A stretch of 58,675 nucleotides of DNA, the filler included, from Sphacelaria rigidula (Eukaryota), in assembly GCA_964200075.2 (NCBI GenBank). It is 10 parts of 10 records of this genome, joined end to end, with 100 filler letters (N's around TTAATTAATTAA, not from the genome) between each part and the next. Parts side by side here need not be neighbours in the genome. Positions count along the whole stretch, not along the records: positions 23,513 to 29,290 come from CAXNAA020024542.1; positions 29,391 to 35,167 come from CAXNAA020024543.1; 8 more parts are not named here. One strand, given 5' to 3'. The translations under genes and the position numbers were made by a program. Below the pieces are notes generated by a model. The model was given only the letters and a program-made list of their open reading frames with translations, was not told where the DNA came from and did no database searches. Position 1 is the first letter of the stretch. Each line of letters starts with the position of its first letter. Below, piece by piece: positions 23,513 to 33,886 of the stretch.

Positions 23513-26500
23513 GTGGGGAAAGCACTGTTTTAGGCTTGAACCTCATCTCGAAGTTAAACCCCAATTCGCACAATTTGTTGTTTAATATTAGCTTGAGAAT
23601 CGTTCAAGAACGGAATAACTTTCATGGAGCAGCACTGGCATCTACGACCATTTCTGGGACAGTCATGGGGTTCGGTGCTGCGTATGCAACTGAAGTTATT
23701 GATCTGGAACAGACCGAAGATCCTTCGATTAACTCACCGGTGGTAAAATCAGAAGTCTGGCACGGAAGACTGGTCACCCGTCTAAACAAGTGTTGCGTAG
23801 TGTGAAGAATATTACAGAACCAGGTGTTAACGTCGAGGGCACACTTACTTCATGTGACACTTGTACTATCAATAAACGTAGACAGCAAAATCACCCGAAG
23901 ACAACTAACTCGAACAACATCACCGATCATCTTCAACTTGTTATCACTGCTACTTTGGGTCTCCAGTGGCATCTATATAGCAAAGGTTGGTTTTGAGTGC
24001 ATGGCTAGATTTACTGATTATTTCAGAAGATTGAAGGTTGTATATTTGATCAAAAGTAAGGATGAAGCTTTAATGGTACTCCGGAAATTCATCCAAGATC
24101 TAGCAGGACTTCGAGAACAACGTCTGAGGACTGATCGTGGGGAAGAGTACATGACAGATTATTTTAGATCAGACTGTAAAATGACAGGAATTTAACAAGA
24201 GCATGCAGCACCTTATACGCCACAACATAATAAGATGTCGGAACCTGACGGGAGAACTATCATCAACGTTACTGGATGTCTGTGAAGTGAAGCAAATTTA
24301 CACAATAATATATGGGGAGAGATTGCTACAACTGCTGTATTTTTAATTGATTGCCTACCGCATAGTGGCATTAATGGTGAAATTACCTATCATCGAATGA
24401 ATGTTCGGAAAACATGCCAAATTACTACTTTTGCGCATAATCGGCTCGCGTGCTTTTGCACGCGTAGAACATCATATTAACAAGTGAGAGCAAAAGCATG
24501 GCATGGGAAAGTATCCTAGTAGGTTATGACTACCATAGTTCGTCTATTCGTATATATAATCGAGAAACTGGTCGAGGTATAAGTTCGAGAAGTGTCACCT
24601 TCGTAGAACAAGCATCCAGAGAAAACGGGAATGGAAATATTTCTGATTTTTTTAAACTTCCAAATGATAAGCAGAAAAGAAAATAGAAATTTAACGACGA
24701 TCGACGGTATTACTCAATCGGAGCATTCACCAACAGAGCAAACTACACCTATACGACTCTGTTCTGCAGGTAACCCCGACCAAGCTACATCCGAACGATT
24801 AAGCACGCGCCAAGCCAGAGAATTGCGCAATAACCTTGCCATCAACTCTACCAAATACCATTCGCACTCGAATAGAGTTCTCGACAGTGTTACCCAATAA
24901 ATAGGAGTAGTAAGTATCGAAGATGCAGTACCACCTACATCCATTCCAGTTCTAAACACCTAGAAACAGGCGTTATCTTCGCCATTTGCGACAAAGTGGA
25001 AAACTGCCACGCCAGATGAACTACGAAGCATAGCGGACCACAAAGTGGCAGATACTATTCCAGCAAGTTTGGTACCTCCAAACAACAACATAGTTGGTAC
25101 GCATTGGGTGTACAAAGTTAAAGCGGATGATAGATTCAAGACTCGTTTATTCGTACAAGGTTGGGCACAAAAACATGGGTTTGACTGTGGAAGTACCTCC
25201 GCGCCTGTATGTAGACTGGAGGGCCAGAGAGTATTACTAGCAATAGGTAGAACAAAATAAGTAGCCTATAATTGCTCTAGGTGTACAGACCGCATTTTTC
25301 AAAGGCAGATTATAATAAACTGTGTTCTATAAACAGGCACCGGGATTCGAAACATGGGTTTCGAAGCAATTGCAAGTGATCCGTGTGTTTATACAAGAGG
25401 ACAGCAACAGCATTATATCATGATTACTTTGCTCGTTGATGATACCCTAGTTGCAGGACCATCCATCGAAATTTCATAGAGTGTAAAAGATACTCTCAAA
25501 ACCAAATTTTCAATATCAGAGTTGGGACGTACTTTTGGTAAGGAGGTCATCAGAGATTCTGTAAGAGGATTTCTAAACCTTTCACAGCATAAATATGTAC
25601 TACATTTGCTACGAAAGGTCAAAATTGAATGTTAAAATACCGTACATACACCAGGTACAGATAATCAATAAACAGAAGAACCAGAAGAAAATCTTTCAGA
25701 TGGAGAACAGACGAAACAATCCCAAGCAACAGCAGGTCGTCTAATTTTTCTAGCACAATGCATCAGATTCGACGTGGCTTTTAGCGTTACTCAGGCAGCT
25801 TGCCAAATGAGTAAACCAAGTGCTCATCATTTAGTTCCAGTAACGCGTGTATTTCGGTACTTGAAAGGAATACCGGGTCTACATGCCATTTACCGCTTCT
25901 CAAAGGATAACTTAAATCTACGACGATATTGTGATTCTTCACACAGTAACTCAGGTTCACAAGGTAGAATGAGTTCAACCACAGGAACTATGTTCCTTTT
26001 AGCTCACGGATGAGTTTACTTTCCTTCAAGTCTGTAGGAAATTACAGCTTTTTCAACTACTGAAGAAGAACTTATGGCCCAAGCTAGATGTGGACAGTTT
26101 GAAATGTAACCATCGAACCTCCTGCGTGAACTTGGCTGGTCGATGAAAACACCCGCAATTTTCTCAGATTCTCAAGGAGCACTACATTTGTCATCAAATT
26201 CTTACTATAGCATAAGTAGCAAACACCCAGCCTCAATTTTTTTCAATCCCAAACATATGATAAGAAAAGATCAAATGAAAATCAATCACGTAAAGTCAGG
26301 CAATCATCTTACTGACAACCTCACAAAATGTTGCAATATTACAGTACACCAAATACTCGTGCAACAGGTGGAGGACTTTGGAAGATAACTGTTCAAGTGG
26401 AGCAGGTACTGGCGAGGAGAGGAATTCAGCATCGCTTCCAACGTCGCGAAGAAAATCAAGGATATATCACCAAGAGCAATGAATGGGCTCATCAGCAACG

Positions 26501-27512
26501 ACGACAACCACGACCATAACTTCATGGAACGTTCTGGTAACCGTCGACGCTCCAATCGTCACCAGACAAGAAACGACGGCGCATCAAACCAATAACAAGG
26601 AGCGCGTAGCAGTATTTGGGTAACAAGAAGTGACATAGTAGAGGAGAGTAAAGTACATCGGCATTCAGTATATGGTAGAAAACAGATGGCCCATGCTTTG
26701 AAAAGACTAGGGTTTACGGACACTAGAATATGTCCTACAACTATTAGTGTTCTTGTAAGTCTGCCAGCACTTTACCAAAATGGTGGTTTACTTTTCGTTC
26801 TAGATTTTAAAATCTTCAATTTTTCATTTATAGCCTGGAATGAAGAAAATATTGATGGGTTTGATTTTATTTTACCAAGAAGGATTCATGCAGCTATAGT
26901 ATACAGGGTCAATGCAACAAGACTCACTATTCCACCTATATATCGTACAAGTATATATCATAGAGATCCAAATGAAATACCTTCGTGGTAACTGATACAT
27001 TTGAGTAGATGTTTCCGGTAATTTATTTTCATGCACAAGAGTTTTATCATATGTTGGCGTATATCCCTGTACAATCATGTTTGGTTTGATGAAAAACGAA
27101 TATATTTTTCAGGGGGGATGTGAGAAGGAAATCCATTTCATATCTGTATACAACTTTGGTGATAAAAAACGTTACGGCTCAAACATGAACAGCAAAATAA
27201 GTAGCAAGTAGAACAGACACTACGAATGGGTTTGGCCGTAGCGTTGGTGAATGGGTAGGTCGAACTGTTAATGTCAGAATAGTGAAGAGCTTGACTTGAA
27301 GACTCTATGGTATCAAGAGTCTATGGATGTAGAGTTCATGATTATATCGTTCAAGTTGTATGGTTCATAGTACGAAAGGTTTTGTTGAGAGAGGGCAATT
27401 ATCTGAGATATATGACGCCAGCCAGAAGAAGGACTCGTAGATCACTGCTGTTGAGGGACCCCCCGGTGTTACTAGCCTCAGTTTCAGTTGTCAGCCTTTA
27501 CAACATCTCATA
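23513..27512 (+). mobile_element. Decayed Ty1/copia LTR retrotransposon (pol ~23513-26388, PPT 27111-27118, 3' LTR ~27119-27512)
   Basis: Copia domain order with many stops and frameshifts: WHGRL/CDTC pre-integrase; LRTDRGEEY and APYTPQ integrase; HWVYKVK..FKTRLFVQG and LVDD reverse transcriptase; YCDSS, STTEEE, SDSQGAL and TDNLTK RNase H. AGGGGGGA is followed by TGTGAGA...TCTCATA. Confidence 0.95.
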
Positions 27513-29130
27513 TTATCAGGAGTAATCTTCCAAGGCACCAGCTCTTCTAGACCCGCAGATGCCATCTCCGTGATTCCGATCATTATCCAGAACCCACCAG
27601 AATCCCTGTGCCCCCAGTCATTATCCACCCCATCTACCAACTCAACGTAACGGCGTATTTTCGTCATAACACCCCCAAAGCGCGTTGGACGAAAATCGAT
27701 CAATGAGCTTGACACATATAAAACGCCAAAACGATGAGTAATTGACAACTAGATACCAAACTCACTCGAAATGCGAGCAGCAACGACACGAGCCACACGC
27801 AATTCACGCAACTCCTGCGTAAGAAATTCCGGAACGGCCTCAAAAATATCCGTTAAAGGCTCCCATGTACGCTCCTCAACTTCGAAACCAAGTCGACCAA
27901 CACGATCAACGAACAATCATCTGCTTCTAACACTCGGACAATACCAGCCATCTGAAGTTGCCCCTGATTGAAAGCATGCTGGAACACGTCCTTAACGTCA
28001 GCCGTAACACTGAGCTGCGAGTCTGTATAAAACCGCACACGAGCTACAGGGGCGGTTTGAACACGTCCCGAAACAATGTTCTGGATCTCAAACACGTGCG
28101 GGTGGTGAGCACCTACCATTCTCCACGGACCAGTCCACGTCGCCATCAGCTTGGGCGTAACACCCGGACAACGCACGCGTGCATACACGACATAGTCGCC
28201 TACCTCGAAATTCGGCAGTTCCAACCCCGACGAGGATCCCTCACGTCTATGCGCACGTTCAGCGGCAACACGTTCCTGCACTTGAACGTGGAAACGTTCT
28301 CACAAGTCCAAGACTCCCTGCAGTCCATGCTTAGTTTGAACATCGTCCAAAACATCACATTCCCATTCCCCCGCCGACGAAGACGCCAGCACCGAGGAAG
28401 ACGTCCGACGAGCCCGACCAAACATCACGTGGTACGGTGTACTACCGTATCGTACCGACGACGATACGCTGTATTGAGCGCCCATTGCACCGCGGGCAGC
28501 ACGTCCACCCACTCGGAAACCGCTCTACGCTGCTCGAGAAGAATAGAGCGAAGAGCACGAACTACTTCCTTGACCATGCGTTCGCACGTGCCGTTAGACC
28601 ACGGAGAATACGCCACCGCAAACTGGTGATCAACGCGCAAAGCCTCTCGCAATCGGGCCATGATCGCATTCTTGAAATGCGTGGCGGTAACACTCACCCA
28701 CACACGCGGCACCCTCAGAGTTTTGAACAAATTCAGCACAGATGCAGCAGTCGATGCAGCAGTACACACTGGTACTGCTTCCAGAGACACAAAGTTACTC
28801 AAATCATCCATGATTACTAAAATGTATCGAAGCCCAGCATCCTCCGACAAACCTTGGGGAGCTAGCGGGTCACTGTCGCCCACGTAGAAGAAGTAAAAAT
28901 GAACGAATTCATTCGGCGTGGTTCCATGGACCGTTTCGCCGGGCGGGCGGGGAACAACATCGCCCACCCTCGAGTCAGCGCAGTGAAGACACTGGCTGAC
29001 AGATTCGCACACATGATGAATTTCTATCCCCTGCCAGACACAATTATCTTGCAAGCGCACGAGCGTTGCAGCCACACCACGATGCCCGGCGTCGCGCACG
29101 TGCGCGCAAATCATCAGACATATCGATTGT
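27513..29130 (-). mobile_element. Decayed Ty3/gypsy LTR retrotransposon, 3' part: integrase, chromodomain, PPT and partial LTR
   Basis: HHCC (AH..DAGHRG...CLHC), integrase core (YSPWSNGTCER), WTGPWR module, chromodomain-like GFEVEERTWEPLTDIFEAVPEFL, stop near 27749; GGGGG followed by TGTTATG LTR start at 27671. Frameshifted. Confidence 0.93.
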
Positions 29131-29290
29131 TGCCGAGATAGCCCCCCCCCCCCTCCGAACCAGCGAGAAAAGTGCACGGAGGCGATGGTCATAAGTGCGG
29201 GTTAGAGCTGGTTTCGTGCTGCACGACGCGACTTATTCGGGCGTTAAAGCTGATTTCAGACTGCTACACGCCTCTCATGTGGGCGAAATT
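29131..29290 (+). mobile_element. MITE (TGCCGAGATAGC-ended family) interrupting the gypsy pol; truncated by contig end
   Basis: Collinear with the left part of the complete copy at 53248-53484. Confidence 0.8.
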
Positions 29291-29390
29291 NNNNNNNNNN
29301 NNNNNNNNNNNNNNNNNNNNNNNNNNNNNNNNNNTTAATTAATTAANNNNNNNNNNNNNNNNNNNNNNNNNNNNNNNNNNNNNNNNNNNN

Positions 29391-29465
29391 CAGCTTTGTA
29401 GGGATGCGAGGTCAATGGTCATATGACTATGGCATGCAAGATCATGAGTACCTGCCCCCTCCCCT
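29391..29465 (+). mobile_element. C-tailed short retro-element, subfamily B (at contig start)
   Basis: GCTTTGTAGGGATGCGAGGTCAATGGTCATATGACTATGGCATGCAAGATCATGAGTACCTGCCCCCTCCCC. Confidence 0.85.
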
Positions 29466-30811
29466 TTCGGATTGCCTCTGTTATCGCCAGCTGCCCAGAA
29501 ATCGCCGGTGACTGATACCCGAGTTACATGACAAGTTTTGCCTGTAACCTGTTCGAGGTTTCACATGCGGGGTTTTGTTCGCCACATTTGAAACACGTAC
29601 GTACATTCTGAGTACATCGTATTGCACTCAGTACATCGTATTGCACTCAGTACATCGTATTGCACTCCCTTGATCAAGGGGTTAGCTACCGCACTTGGAC
29701 TGTTGGTGAAAAGTGCGGTATGACTTGATCGGCACGGTGCCCAGCCAATGATGTTGCTCGGAGCGCCGTGACCCTCCGTCCGGAAAACCTTGTAGCACAC
29801 TGTTACCGCGTGAACTTTGATACGAAAAACAATAACCTGGCGAGGATCACTTCTATTCTGAGGGCACGACTTGGTTGCCATCGCTGGTGAGGTCATGCAT
29901 CATCGGCCGAAACCTGTCACGCGACAGCCATCACAGACCGAGCACGCGCGGTAGACATTGCGCAAAATTTGCTTTGGGACGGTTCTGACCCACTGTCACT
30001 TTCTGTGTATTTCGAGCCTGCCAAAAAATCCCAGAAAGTTGGCAGTATTTTCAGCGTAAGGGCAATGTCTGAGCAAGGATGATATACACGGGTTTCATTT
30101 TGTTTCTCCCAGATGATGAGAAGTTGAGGGTGTGCCCGCTTTTCTAGTGTGGTGCAACGGTGAAAATAGTTGCCACCTGAATTTGTTTGATACCGCGTTT
30201 GCACATGTTGCAGCTATCGTGAAAGCAAAACAGACACTCATACGAGCATGTAGGTTTTCGTTTCGGGTCGCACGGCAGCGTAGTAAGCGGGATTGACTTG
30301 ATCTAGGTCAAGCACGCCTCCATGCACAGCAGACCATGCAGGTGCTCGTAAAACAGTGTGCATCCCACCACTTTCATCTGGTTTATGTAGGCTTCTGAGC
30401 TCAAGGAAGAGCCAGCTTCGGTTCGTTAGTTATGGGGCTGCTGCTTTTGGAAGTTTTCACATCCCGGACAAAATATTCTATTGTAAAAAATGTACTGCGT
30501 ACAGTATGGAATCTGTTGTCTATTGCAATATGCACAAAAGTCGATACTGTACGCAGTACACTATCTGACGGTGTATTCTATTGTCTAGGGTGTGGAAGTT
30601 TTACAGTCACTTGTCTCTATTTTCGTCAGCCGTCGGTCGTTCTGTCACAGTTAGACTTGATCAAATGCCTCCTTCCCACGCCGTGCTCCAAGTCGTCAGT
30701 TTTGAACAGACTAGTTGCACACGTGTTGTGTGTGTCCATCCACGTCCGTCATTTGAAGCTTCTGTCGAAATTTATGAGTTTTTGTTTTTTCCGTCCCCCC
30801 CCCCCCCTTTA

Positions 30812-30880
30812 GTAGGGATGTGATGTCAATGATTATATGACGACGGCATGCAAGATCATAAGTGCACACCCCCCTTCTCC
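30812..30880 (+). mobile_element. C-tailed short retro-element, subfamily B (diverged)
   Basis: GTAGGGATGTGATGTCAATGATTATATGACGACGGCATGCAAGATCATAAGTGCACACCCCC. Confidence 0.75.
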
Positions 30881-31226
30881 TATAGTGGCAAAATGCGAAC
30901 TATAGAAGAAGGAGCGAGACGTGCTAGAGGGGAAATGCGGGAAGTAAACGGAGGTGGCATGAAATCGCTTGATGCACGAGACAGTTGGGAAAAAACGATG
31001 GCTATACTAGGAGATGGATGGTGGCCACAGACGGCGAAGCAGGACGGGGACGAAACATGTATAACGTTTTTGTGTAGTGCATGAGAGAAACGTAATGAGC
31101 GCCGAAATGTTGGAGGTATCTCTATTAGGAGTAGCAACGGTGCTCCGTTTTGAAAGGGGTGCGTAGTCAATGGTCAAACGACCAAGGCAAGCTACAAATA
31201 AGTACGCCCCTGCCCCCCGCCCCCCC
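30881..31226 (+). mobile_element. 5'-truncated, decayed LINE-like retrotransposon 3' end (probable parent of subfamily A)
   Basis: With one frameshift and three internal stops it reads IVAKCEL*KKERDVLEG/MREVN...AILGDGWWPQTAKQDGDETCITFLCSA*EKRNERRNVGGISIRSSNGAPF*KGCVVNGQTTKASYK*. This resembles the C-x-L-Y-x-x-E-R tail after the C-terminal zinc knuckle of LINE ORF2 proteins. It ends directly in a C-rich tail. Confidence 0.7.
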
Positions 31227-31325
31227 AGTGCTCCGTCTCGAAAGGGATGCGTGGTCAATGGTCAAACGACTAAGGCAAGCAACAAATGAGTACGCCCCCT
31301 CCTGCCCCCCCGCCCCCCTCCTCCT
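31227..31325 (+). mobile_element. C-tailed short retro-element, subfamily A (consensus-like)
   Basis: AGTGCTCCGTCTCGAAAGGGATGCGTGGTCAATGGTCAAACGACTAAGGCAAGCAACAAATGAGTACGCCCCC; core identical to the copy at 53582. Confidence 0.92.
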
Positions 31326-33115
31326 CAGGACGAGTCCGTAGTTGCATGGGATTAACCCATCTCTTTGTCAGGATCTCCCTTGATCGTCATTATTCATCAT
31401 TGCATCACCACTTTCGCAACTCATCGACTCTTTTACTGTATCGCCAGGTCATGCTCACGGGTCGTAGGAGATGAACGCTTGGAGAAGGACTAGTTTCGTT
31501 ATTCGGACGCATGAAATACCAGTTTGACCATCCGGGCGTCGCTTGCGGCATCGACATGCCTGTCCACACATGATGACCTCGATCATCCCCCTTCCTTCTC
31601 GCCCGCATCCTACCTCGCCCGCCAACCTTCTATTGAGTCGCAGGGCGCGCAGTCGTTCGTTGAACGCACGTTTGGCATCACTGGCTCGTCGGATCACTCG
31701 CAGTGACGCTGGCTAGCGCTGTGTACCATGGGCCTGGGACGAGTCCTGGTGCACGAAGAGCAGAGTGTGATAAATGGTAGTAGCTGATTCTGCAGAGGGG
31801 AAGAACATGAATGTTGCCAGAGCTTAGAGGATTAACGTCGGATCAATGAGAACGCAAGATGCGAATAGTTGAACGCTGGCATGCGTTCGCTCGCCGTGTA
31901 TATAGGTGTGTACAAATATATTATTGTGCGGCAGGATTTGTCGGAGGGGACGGGCTTACGAAGCGGGGATCAGGTCGTGTTTTGTATGGCGTTCTGCATC
32001 GTAGTGGAGGTAAATGGTGATTCTGTGGCACAAGGCATCAAATAAGAACCTCAAAAGTGTTGTGAAAAAACTAGTGCCGAATGGGCCATTCTCTTCCTAC
32101 TCGTAGAATCTATGAGGGTTGATACTTCGATGCCTACTGTTGTCTGAAGTTTTACTTGATACAGTAAATTCGTTGTCTCCCTACAAACAAGGAAGGGGGA
32201 CGAAAGTTTGCTTGTTGATGACCTTGAAGGTGGACGGCAATACCTCGTACTCAATGACGTGAGACACTCTATAGCATGCTTGAAGTGTACTCGCTCACTA
32301 CTGGTCGCCACTCGTCGAAAAGTCAAGGTCGTCCTCTCAGGTAAAGTGGAAGATTAACGTTTTGCTCAACAAATCTTCAGACGTTTTTCTCACTCCAAAG
32401 TCAACTGCTCTCTGCGTCTTTCTTACTCGGTGGGCATTCAACACTTCAAAACCAATTCAGTTATGTAGCAGATCATGTGGATGTATATAGCATCGATGCA
32501 AAGGACCACGCGGTGTACATCCCATCGATCGTCAAGGTCGACAAGCTATATATATACCCTTGAGTTTTGAAGTTCGGGGTTGGCTACGGAGCAAGCAGGT
32601 TATCAACACTTAGCGTCATGCCACGGAAGGGGTTGCACATTTGAACCCAGATGTTCACCAGTGAGGGGGTCCCAAAGTTAGGAGATGCACAATATTATGG
32701 GTCAGGGCGCTGCCGTATAAAAGTCCAGTCGAGATTTCCCCAGCCCAGTGAATTGCTGATCGTGGCGTGCTCTCCCTTATTTCATGGCTCATGTTTCGAT
32801 TGAGACGAAGGGCTGCTGCTAACAATTCAAATCTGAGATTTTTGTTTGTGCACACCCCCATCGTGGCACTGCTCTTTACACAAATACCAGGTGCCATGTT
32901 GACATTCCACCAGCAATACTCAGCAGCAGACGCAAACTATTCGTGTTTGCGGTGTGGACGTCCCTGCTCGTCTCCTTTTTCACTTCGATAGTTTCGACTA
33001 ATGACTCGTCGCGCGGCGCGACAGCGTCCATTCGATAATGGGTCACGAAATAACCGCCGCGCCCCTCTGGTTTAACCGATACGTTTCAAGACTCGTGAGA
33101 TTCATTAACAACGAT

Positions 33116-33360
33116 TTTCATACGGACGACCTCATCCCTCCCGACCTTCCCAAAACTATTTCGGGGGGCTTCTAGCTTTCCGTTCCCCCAAAGGGTATGT
33201 GCTACAGCACGCTTGCTTTTGCCTCGATTTCGGCGTGAAAAAATGACGTTTTTCGCCCAAGAATCGTGATTTCGCACATATCCTTTAGGAAAACGGAAGG
33301 CCAGAAATCCCCCGAAATAGTCTCAGGGAGATCGGGAGGGATAAAGGTCGTCCGTGTAAA
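33116..33360. mobile_element. MITE-like element with ~85-bp imperfect inverted arms
   Basis: ACGGACGACCTCATCCCTCCCGACC...CTATTTCGGGGG...AAAGGGTATGTGC versus GCACATATCCTTT...CCCCCGAAATAG...TCGGGAGGGATAAAGGTCGTCCGT. Confidence 0.8.
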
Positions 33361-33760
33361 TGCCATTTGTCATGAATTTAGGTCAGGGAAGTACGGCTTT
33401 TGAGTTGAACCTCATTTTTGTTCAACCCCCCATATTCGAGAATCCACTGTTAATCGCTGAGAGCGTGAGACGCGAAGAAAATTCGATGAAGTCGACGTAG
33501 TACGGGAGTGCTGATTCAACCCGCGACAACAAAATTTCAGCCATGCACTGGGACACTTGTTTCACCCCTCGAGGCTATGGTCTCATCCCGAGCAGGGGGC
33601 GGAGGAGGTGGGGGGTGGGAGGAGTGTCAAAAGCACGAAAAAGTAGAAGAAGTAACCTGGCACCCCGGCTACGAGCATGATCAGTAACCGGGCAAATGTG
33701 ATAACAAAAAAATGGGTGAAATTTCGAGCACAGCAGCAGGCGCTTCGGGTGACAGGCCGA

Positions 33761-33886
33761 ATGACGAAGATGCGTCCTCAGATCGCGGTGTTTGCGCTAG
33801 CACTTTCCTTGGACCCCTCTCCTGCTAGCTGTGCGGTTTATGATCGCGCTATCACGCTATTTTCCCCGAAAGGAGACCTCATGCAG
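33761..33886 (+). CDS. First coding exon of a 20S proteasome alpha-type subunit (PSMA7-like N-terminus) with an N-terminal signal-peptide-like extension
   Basis: MTKMRPQIAVFALALSLDPSPASCAV-YDRAITLFSPKGDLMQ|gtaagc. YDRAITxFSPxGxLxQ is the proteasome alpha N-terminal signature. Downstream exons were not found in this contig. Confidence 0.75.

Noticed and set aside
27958..28629. Plus-strand 223-aa ORF
   Set aside because: Antisense shadow of the gypsy integrase.
29611..29667. 19-bp unit x3 (also a 13-bp unit near 10713-10746)
   Set aside because: Simple tandem repeats without spacers; not CRISPR.
31400..32990. Possible minus-strand exons divergent from the proteasome-like gene
   Set aside because: Splice-like sites exist, but frames and phases could not be reconciled.
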